Assembly: GCA_039810425.1 (NCBI GenBank)
Contig: JBDHWW010000058.1
Location: 1-17,665, forward strand
Length of the DNA: 17,665 nt
Source: Pseudobdellovibrionaceae bacterium
GTDB lineage: Bacteria > Bdellovibrionota > Bdellovibrionia > Bdellovibrionales > Bdellovibrionaceae
Reading direction: 5' to 3'
The notes below the pieces were generated by a model. That model made no database searches, was not told where the DNA came from, and saw nothing but the letters and a program-made list of their open reading frames with translations. Positions 1 through 6,600 of the stretch are shown here, one piece after another. The stretch's first letter is position 1, and every line of letters begins with the position of its first letter. A program made the translations under genes and the position numbers.

Positions 1-71
1 CATCGCTATCTTGTTTTACTGTGGTAAACTGGAACTCTACCCTCTATAGGCACAAGAAAGTCGGAAGAACC
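1..71 (+). mobile_element. Right end of an ISL3-family insertion sequence (continues beyond the left window edge)
   Basis: Frame +2 (2..49) reads IAILFYCGKLELYPL*, resembling the ISL3 transposase C-terminus (AIYFHCGGLDLYP-like). It is followed by ...AAAGTCGGAAGAACC, which reads GGTTCTTCCG inward like ISL3 terminal repeats, and then by an AT-rich flank AAAAATAT (72-79). Confidence 0.75.
2..49 (+). CDS. ISL3-family transposase, C-terminal 15 aa (partial)
   Basis: atc gct atc ttg ttt tac tgt ggt aaa ctg gaa ctc tac cct cta TAG. Not in the ORF track because it is truncated by the window edge. Confidence 0.7.
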   Translation: MAILFYCGKLELYPL

Positions 72-256
72 AAAAATATATATTCAGGCGCTAAATGGAT
101 TTTAGCGGGCTCATAGGCTGCAGATGGTTTTGCATACGGAAAGGCAACGCGCAAAACGCCGGGCTCAGTATTTTTTTGTTTCATCGTCATAAAAAGACCT
201 CCGGCGACCAGCCGAACTGCACTTCCAATAGCAACCAATTTAGAGTTACGCTTCAT
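72..256 (-). pseudogene. N-terminal fragment of a membrane-anchored/exported protein, probably an ABC-type solute-binding protein, interrupted by the IS
   Basis: GGAG RBS, then ATG at 256. Basic N-terminus plus hydrophobic stretch, then LRVAFPY...YEPAKIHLAPEYIF. The last residues of the track ORF (VLPTFLCL*) are read from the IS end. The SBP identity rests on recalled resemblance only. Confidence 0.55.
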
Positions 257-277
257 GGCTCCACCAACATCATCTAC

Positions 278-571
278 TTAGTTGCAGATGGAGTCTTGGC
301 CCATCTTTTCAGTGGACAGACGACCCTTGCGGTTGAGTGCCTCGATGAAGGAGTTCTTTACTTTAACTTCTCCATATTCGGTAACATCTAAGGCGCCCAT
401 CGTGTGAAGGCGTCTAAGAAGCTCCGCAATCTCAATCAATCGCTTGGCATCTCGTGCCTTAAGTTCAATGACGAACTCTGGCGGCGGTGGTTGATTAGGT
501 TCTGCGTTTGCGCCACTTGCTACGGTTATCATTGCCACGAGTAGCGATGTAATCAAGACGTGTTGTTTCAT
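278..571 (-). CDS. Small secreted protein (97 aa), signal peptide, single Cys in the C-terminal ..DSICN
   Basis: Sec-type signal MKQHVLITSLLVAMITVASGANA|E; PPPP linker; GAAGGGG RBS; ATGA overlap with the upstream regulator stop (568-571). Confidence 0.85.
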   Translation of the reverse strand: MKQHVLITSLLVAMITVASGANAEPNQPPPPEFVIELKARDAKRLIEIAELLRRLHTMGALDVTEYGEVKVKNSFIEALNRKGRLSTEKMGQDSICN

Positions 572-1998
572 ACCAATTCCCCTTCTTTTTTCTGGTTTGT
601 GTTAGCAAATTCAATTCCTAAAGATTTAAGTCGCCCCTGTAGGGTGCTGTTGCTGACTTTTAATATGTCCCGTGCAAGTTCTCGGATCGAGCGGGCACTT
701 TTTGATTTCTCGGCCAAAAATTTTCGTTCTTCATTTTCATTTCGGATACGCTGATGATCTTTGAACATTTGGTAATCCAAATTGAAACTCAGTGGTCCAT
801 GCGTGGCTTTCTCGATGGCTTCACGGATTTTCGGGTCGAGGTCGTCAGGTGTGATTTTAGTGGCTGGTGCAAGCAGCATCATACGTTTGACCTCATGTTC
901 AAGCTCGCGCACGTTTCCGGGCCACTCATAGCGCATCATGAGTTTCACGGTTTCTTCGAGAAACTCTTTTTCAATAGTTTTTTCTTTGGCAATGATCCTA
1001 GAAAATCGATGCACCAATGGCTTGATGTCCTCGGGGCGGCGGCGAAGTGGCAAAAGATTAATCGGCAGCCCTTTGATTCGATAAAAAAGATCCTGCCGAA
1101 ATCGTCCCGCAGGGACCGCTTCATCCAAGTTGACGTTGGTCGCAACGATGACCCTGGTGTTCACCTTTTTAGATTCATTGCTACCGACAGGGCGCACTTC
1201 GCTTTCTTGTAAAAAGCGAAGCAGCTTTACTTGTAGCAAGAGCGGAAGGTCACCAATTTCATCTAGAAAAATCGTTCCGTTGTCAGCCGCATTCACAAGT
1301 CCAACTTTGTTTCGGAGTGCGCCGGAGAATGCACCTTTCTCGTGACCAAAGAGTTCACTTTCAAGTAGGTCCGGCGGGATTGCTCCGCAGTTGACCGGAA
1401 TGAATGGACCTCGACGCCCGGATAAATTGTGAAGGGCGCGAGCGATTTTTTCTTTGCCGGTCCCATTTTCTCCGGTGATCAAAACGGTTTCATCTTGCGG
1501 AGCGTATTTTGAAATCAGATCGGCCACTTCTACCAAGTGGCGTGAGCAACCTGTAATACAGATGGTATTGATTTTAGCGATATCGGAAGCGGACACAGGT
1601 TCGATTTTTATCGTCTTGTTGGACTCTTCAAAGCGGTTGCAAAACATCTTAACGATTGCCAGAAGTTTGTCGGCTTCCATGCCTTTGGGAATAAAATATT
1701 GAGAGCCCGCCGAGAGAGTATTTCCCAGAGCGTCGGCGCTGGTGTCGCCAGAGTAGGTAGCAATTTGTAAATCGGGATCGAGTGCTGAGAGAGTCTCGGC
1801 GACCTTTGCCCCGCTTAGGCCGGGCATATGATAATCAACAATGGCGAGTGAAATTGCGCCGCGATTTTGACGAACGTATGCGATGCCTTCATCAGAATCC
1901 GTGGTGGCCCTGACTTGAAAGTCTTGACCCTCAAGCAAAAACTCAAGCCCTTGGAGATCCAGCTCGCAGTCGTCAATGATAAGGATTTTGTGTTTCAT
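568..1998 (-). CDS. Sigma-54-dependent response regulator (NtrC/AtoC-like REC-AAA+-HTH enhancer-binding protein)
   Basis: REC: ILIIDD, IVDYHMPG, IPKG. AAA+: GENGTGKE Walker A, VNCGAIP, ESELFGHEKGAFSGA, FLDEIGD, GRFRQDLFYR, WPGNVRELEH. C-terminal HTH: IRELARDILKVSNSTLQGRL. Confidence 0.97.
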   Translation of the reverse strand: MKHKILIIDDCELDLQGLEFLLEGQDFQVRATTDSDEGIAYVRQNRGAISLAIVDYHMPGLSGAKVAETLSALDPDLQIATYSGDTSADALGNTLSAGSQYFIPKGMEADKLLAIVKMFCNRFEESNKTIKIEPVSASDIAKINTICITGCSRHLVEVADLISKYAPQDETVLITGENGTGKEKIARALHNLSGRRGPFIPVNCGAIPPDLLESELFGHEKGAFSGALRNKVGLVNAADNGTIFLDEIGDLPLLLQVKLLRFLQESEVRPVGSNESKKVNTRVIVATNVNLDEAVPAGRFRQDLFYRIKGLPINLLPLRRRPEDIKPLVHRFSRIIAKEKTIEKEFLEETVKLMMRYEWPGNVRELEHEVKRMMLLAPATKITPDDLDPKIREAIEKATHGPLSFNLDYQMFKDHQRIRNENEERKFLAEKSKSARSIRELARDILKVSNSTLQGRLKSLGIEFANTNQKKEGELV

Positions 1999-2024
1999 TT
2001 CTTTATACCCCTGGCCATTCCCTG

Positions 2025-2040
2025 AGCAACCCAGGTGCCA
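2025..2040 (-). promoter_or_regulatory. Sigma-54 (-24/-12) promoter of the regulator-peptide-SBP operon
   Basis: Minus strand reads TGGCAC-CTGGG-TTGCT, matching TGGCAC-N5-TTGCW. Predicted start is about 2014, followed by an AGGGG RBS and ATG at 1998. Confidence 0.85.
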
Positions 2041-2137
2041 GTTGGAGTACGAAATTCGGATCAGAGGTAACCTATCGGAATGAGATAAAAATCTGGCGCG
2101 TGGGCAGCCTTTGTAAACAACGCTTGGTTACCAAAGG

Positions 2138-2155
2138 TGACCGGAGAGCCGGTCA
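2138..2155. promoter_or_regulatory. 18-bp palindrome copy 1 (candidate upstream activator site)
   Basis: TGACCGG-AGAG-CCGGTCA, about 125-140 bp upstream of the predicted sigma-54 start. Confidence 0.6.
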
Positions 2156-2241
2156 GCTCAAGCCTTTCAAGGAAAATGCAAGCTGAGTATAACTTAGCGA
2201 AATTATAAATCTTTTTGCTTAAATTTTTAGCTGAGTTGAAG

Positions 2242-2259
2242 TGGCCGAAACTCAGGTCA
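2242..2259. promoter_or_regulatory. 18-bp palindrome copy 2 (degenerate)
   Basis: TGGCCG-AAACTC-AGGTCA; extends to AAGTGGCC-N8-GGTCACTT. Confidence 0.45.
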
Positions 2260-2324
2260 CTTTATGAGGTGCGAAATGTTACTAAGGTTAACGTACTGAA
2301 ACTATTTGAAAAACAGACGAAAGT

Positions 2325-2346
2325 CGTGACCGGAGCGTCGGTCACG
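2325..2346. promoter_or_regulatory. 18-bp palindrome copy 3 (could also serve as a hairpin downstream of the TA operon)
   Basis: CGTGACCG-GAGCGT-CGGTCACG; the core at 2327-2344 is 16/18 identical to copy 1. Confidence 0.55.
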
Positions 2347-2405
2347 GTGATTCTATTCCGATTACCGAGTAAATTTTACGCAAAAAATGAGATGTGAATA
2401 CGAGG

Positions 2406-2759
2406 TTAATCCTCGTCAGATTCATGAGTCATCTGGAATTGGCGAAGTTGTCTAGGGTATTTTGAGTCGATGAATTCAAGCAGTGTGATTATTTTTTTTG
2501 TTTCATCAGTGGTCCAAGTAACCAAATAACGACCGCCATAAAGTGGGAACCGTCGCACGCCCGAGATTTCATCGGCCTGTCCAATACGGGGAGTTTTTTT
2601 GAGATGGCTTTTTAAGCCATTCACTTCTTGCTGAAGCTCATAAAGTTTTTTATCAGCGAAATCCTGAGACTGCTCAAGGTTGTGAGAGTATAGCCAAAAT
2701 ATAGCCTCCTCCATCTCAACCTTGAATTTGTCGGATTCTTGAATTGCAAACCCTTCCAT
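2406..2759 (-). CDS. Type II toxin, RelE/ParE-like
   Basis: 117 aa, coupled to the antitoxin by a TAATG overlap. ParE-like C-terminal pattern LKKTPRIGQ...GVRRFPL..RYLVTW...IITLLEF. Confidence 0.75.
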   Translation of the reverse strand: MEGFAIQESDKFKVEMEEAIFWLYSHNLEQSQDFADKKLYELQQEVNGLKSHLKKTPRIGQADEISGVRRFPLYGGRYLVTWTTDETKKIITLLEFIDSKYPRQLRQFQMTHESDED

Positions 2760-3055
2760 TAACCGACGGCTTTCTTTGATTTTCTACCGGCGAGTGCTCG
2801 TTGTTTTGCTCGTGCAAATACGTCTGCTGTAGAGTTCTCAGTTGCTGGCGTAACACGACCTTGAGCGACATCCATCAAACTCGCGGTGAGTCCCTCTAAC
2901 CGTGCAAGATCGAGTTGCATCTTCTCAAAAATATCGGCGTTGAGAAGAACGAAAGCCTCACCACTTTTACGAGTGATTTTTACTGGCTCATTTCGAGCTG
3001 CTTCCATCCACTCCTTCATGTTTGATCTAAATTGGTCTGCACTTGTTCTGTCCAT
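2759..3055 (-). CDS. Type II antitoxin, Phd/YefM family
   Basis: N-terminal SADQFRSNMKEWMEAARNEPVKITRKSGEAFVLL is Phd/YefM-like; AGGAGG RBS. Confidence 0.9.
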   Translation of the reverse strand: MDRTSADQFRSNMKEWMEAARNEPVKITRKSGEAFVLLNADIFEKMQLDLARLEGLTASLMDVAQGRVTPATENSTADVFARAKQRALAGRKSKKAVG

Positions 3056-3071
3056 ACTGACCTCCTATAAT

Positions 3072-3103
3072 CAAACAGTACAATTAACCGTACTGTTTGT
3101 CAA
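3072..3103 (-). promoter_or_regulatory. Sigma-70 promoter of the TA operon overlapped by its operator
   Basis: TTGACA (3103-3098)-17 bp-TACTGT (3080-3075). Perfect 10-bp inverted repeat CAAACAGTAC-N8-GTACTGTTTG (3072-3099) with GTAC cores, as in Phd/YefM operators. Confidence 0.85.
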
Positions 3104-3164
3104 TAGCTAAACATAACCCACTGTAAACACTAGACAAATACAAACACCGTATTGCGGTAAATTA

Positions 3165-3374
3165 TTAGCGATAGTTTTTAGGGTTATACTCCTTGCAGGC
3201 GTTTTTGTTTACGATCGACGGGCAACCCCAGCTCGATGAAGCGCCAGCAAGAGCCTTGCCTCGAAGCTCGGCAATCATCTTCCACGGAATGTCGGCGCGT
3301 CCGACCATCGCGCACGCGATATAGAATCCCAAAAACACTTTCGCTAAATTTTCGATAGAACCTTGAATGCCCAT
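3165..3374 (-). CDS. Small hypothetical membrane protein (69 aa)
   Basis: AAGGAG RBS before ATG at 3374, a better start than the 3488 given in the track. One hydrophobic segment (VFLGFYIACAMVG); C-terminal WGCPS...C. Confidence 0.7.
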   Translation of the reverse strand: MGIQGSIENLAKVFLGFYIACAMVGRADIPWKMIAELRGKALAGASSSWGCPSIVNKNACKEYNPKNYR

Positions 3375-3406
3375 GGCAGTCTCCTTGTTAAAAAGGGTTT
3401 GTTGTG

Positions 3407-3454
3407 TGACCGAATGCTCGGCCAGATTTTTATTTTTGACCGAAAAGTCGGTCG
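3407..3454. promoter_or_regulatory. 18-bp palindrome copies 4 and 5
   Basis: TGACCG-AATGCT-CGGCCA (3407-3424) and TGACCG-AAAAGT-CGGTCG (3437-3454), exactly 30 bp apart, upstream of the 69-aa gene. Confidence 0.55.
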
Positions 3455-3579
3455 ATTTGCCGATGCCGCAAAAATGCAGAATCGGCACGATTTGTGTCCG
3501 GTCTCTGTCCGAAAATGGAAGAAAACGGGCTAAAATGGAGAAAAGTAGGAAACACCCAACTCATAGAGTCTTCGGTGTT

Positions 3580-3626
3580 AAAGCGTCTTCTAACGCTTTG
3601 AAAGCATTCAAAAATTAAATGCTTTC
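3580..3626. repeat. Two abutting inverted repeats
   Basis: AAAGCGT-N6-ACGCTTT (3580-3599) directly followed by GAAAGCATTCAA-AAA-TTAAATGCTTTC (3600-3626, 11/12 arm match). Confidence 0.7.
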
Positions 3627-3668
3627 GAAGATTTAGAAAACTCAGTTCAAAAGTCTCAAAAAACCATC

Positions 3669-6600
3669 GTGCCTAACGTCGGCATTGGGACGACGACTCC
3701 AGATCCAAATTATAAAATGGATATTGCCACCACTTCAACAGCCACAACAGGCAGCATTGCCGGGCAGCATACTAAGATAACTCACTCACCTACAGCATCT
3801 GCGACTGGGGCTAAAGTTTACGGTTCATACACCGAGGCAACAACAGCTGCGTCTCAGGATCTCTTCCAGCTAACTGGTTCATATACAAACACAAACTACA
3901 GCACATCAGACATGACTAATTCGGTTTGGTCTGTTGATGGCTCTAATGCAAATGTAACTGTGGCAGGCGCAGGGAGTTTCAATTACGTTGCAGGTATGAC
4001 GTCGAACGCTACATTTTCTGCGTCAGGTACGGGCAATGGCTATGGAATCAAGGCTGATTTTCTTATGGATGGAACTGGCACCCTAGCTACTGCTGCCGGT
4101 GGAAAATTTACTAGTACAACTAATAAGACTCTCGCATATGTGGCCAATTCTTACGGCGTTTTCGCTGAATCAAAAACAGCACTTGGAACGGTGACAGACG
4201 CATACGGTATCTATAGTATGGTTACTCAAACTGGTGGTACCACTACGAATGCATACGGCGTATATATAGGCCACGTACAGGGCTCAAACGCTAATAGTAA
4301 ATGGTCCCTTTATACATCGGACAGCGCAGCGCCCAGCTATTTCGCGGGTAACGTCGGGATCGGGGTGCCTCTTCCAGCTACGAAGCTTGATGTCAACGGC
4401 TCTGTTCGCGTGGGCGCGGATGCAACCTCATGCGCTGCCGGTATTGCCGGTGCGATTCGATATAACGGTGGCAACGTCGAATATTGTAATGGCACCGCCT
4501 GGACTCCGCTGGCCGCTTCGGGTGCTGGTATTACTTCACTCAATGGCTTGACTGGTAATACCCAAACCTTTGCAACGCCTGGCACTTCGGGTAATGCTCC
4601 AAATTGGTCTTTCGCTGGCTCGACTCACACACTGAATATTCCAATGGCTGCAGCGTCGGGTTCCGTCACGGCAGGTCTTATCAGTAATGCTGACTACGCT
4701 TCAATGATGGCAAAACAGTCCAATGCTTTAGCTAACAACAAAGTGTGGATCGGAAATGCTTCCGGCGGAGCTGAGGCTCACACCCTTTCAGGGGATGCTA
4801 CGATTGATAATACGGGTCTTGCGACCTTGAAATCCGTGGGCACTGCCGGAACATATTTTAAAGTCGTCACCGATGCCCAAGGCCGCGTGACTTCCGGATC
4901 TGCCCTTGCTGGTTCTGATGTAGCCGCAGCTCTGGGTTACACTCCGGTGAATAAGGCTGGCGACAGCATGGGTGGTGATTTGATCACTCAGAACCTCAAT
5001 ATCACTAACGGTAAATACTTAGGCCTTGGTACTACCAGCACGGCCGGTACTGTGGCTGGTCAGATGTGGTTTGAATCCGGATTCATCAAGTACTTCGACG
5101 GTACTGCGACGCAATCTTTAGGTGTTTCGGGTGCTGGGATCACAAGTCTTAATGGCCTCAATGCAGTCACTCAGTCTTTTGTGACCGGCTCTGCCGGGAA
5201 TGCCCCTGCGATTGCCTCTGCCGGTAGCACTCACACACTGAATATCCCAATGGCTTCTGCGGGTTCCGTCACGGCGGGTCTTATCAGCAATGCTGACTAT
5301 GTGGCATTTAATAGTAAGCAAAGCAGTGCTTTGTCTGATTCCTATGTATGGATCGGTAACAGCACTAATGGCGCTGAGGCTCACGCGCTTTCTGGAGATG
5401 CGACGATTTCAAATGCGGGACTGGTTACGGTTGATAAAACTCAGACCGGGAATGCGCTTAAAATACAGCAACTAGATAGCAGCGGTGTTGCTAAATCCTT
5501 GGGTATTGGTCTTATCAACAGCGGGACTGTCCGTCTCTTGCCGGGAACTCCTGCTACGGCGTCTTATGATTTGAAATTGCCCATTGTTGCTCCGGCTAAT
5601 AATCAGATCCTAAAATCCGATGCGACGGGAAGCCTTTCTTGGGTGACGTACCTCGCCCAAGTTTCTGATTCCGCGCCTTTGGCGGATGGTAAAATGTGGA
5701 TCGGTAACGGCTCTAACATCGCTGTTGAGCAGACGATGTCAGGAGATGCGACGATTTCAAATGCCGGTCTTTTGACTCTGAAATCCGTGGGCACTGCCGG
5801 AACATATTTTAAAGTCGTCACCGATGCCCAGGGCCGCGTGACTTCTGGATCTGCCCTGGCTTCCGGAGACGTGACAACTGCGTTGGGTTACACCCCGGCC
5901 AATGGTGGCAACTATGTGGCCAAATCCGGCGATACTATGACGGGCGCATTAAATTTACCAAGCGACGGTTTAAGTGTAGGCACGTCACAATTGGTGGTCA
6001 GTGGTGGCAATGTCGGCATTGGGACGGCGACTCCAAATTACGCCTTGGATGTTGCTGGCGTCTACGTCCCTATTCGCGCGAAAGCCTCCGCCCTCACCGC
6101 GGACGTATTGCGTCTAGAGGGGCACGGTGATCCTTCTGCCGTATTTAAGATGGACAATCCTTACGGCAGCACCACGGATACATTTAGGCTGCGCTTCACC
6201 GGCGTGGACACTAATCCTCAGGATGTTGATCTTGCCACTATTACAGGAGCCCAAACTCAAAATGGAGTGGGGAATCACGCCGGCTATATGGCTTTTTCGA
6301 CAGCAAAATCGGGTGCACTTCATGAGCGCGTACGTATTTCAGAGGGTGGCAATGTCGGCATTGGTACTACCGGGCCGAATGCAGCAGCCCTTTTAGATCT
6401 GACCAGTACAACCCAAGGCTTTTTGTTACCACGAATGACCGCGGTTCAGCGTAACGCAATCACGACTCCGCCTGCAGGATTGCAGATTTACAATACGGAT
6501 TCAAGCTCTGTGGAGTTTTATAACGGCACGGTCTGGACCGCACTGGCAGCCAGTGTCACTAATAAAGCATCTCTCACAAACGGCAGCATTTGGATTGGTA

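Noticed and set aside
2126..2142. GGTTACCAAAGGTGACC resembling a Geobacter-type LexA box
   Set aside because: The spacing differs by one base from the recalled consensus, it overlaps the 18-bp motif, and the local lexA operator is of a different type.
2182..2231. GCTGAGT-ATA-ACTTAGC and GCTTAAATTTTTAGC weak dyads; a possible IHF site near 2068-2082
   Set aside because: Inconsistent spacing and a poor consensus match; cannot be separated from chance in AT-rich DNA.
2215..2397. 60-aa ORF in the regulatory region
   Set aside because: TTG start without an RBS, it overlaps the palindromic sites and has no recognisable features.
3483..3497. CGGCACGATTTGTGT as a second sigma-54 promoter
   Set aside because: It lacks the -12 GC at the required spacing.
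3367..3618. 83-aa plus-strand ORF and the 5' extension of the 107-aa ORF to 3488
   Set aside because: No RBS, and both run through the motif cluster. ATG 3374 has a clear AAGGAG.
47..3675. TAGGCAC (47-53) and GTGCCTA (3669-3675) as terminal inverted repeats of one TA-targeting element
   Set aside because: Only 7 bp match with no inward extension. The left copy is better explained as the transposase stop plus the ISL3 end.
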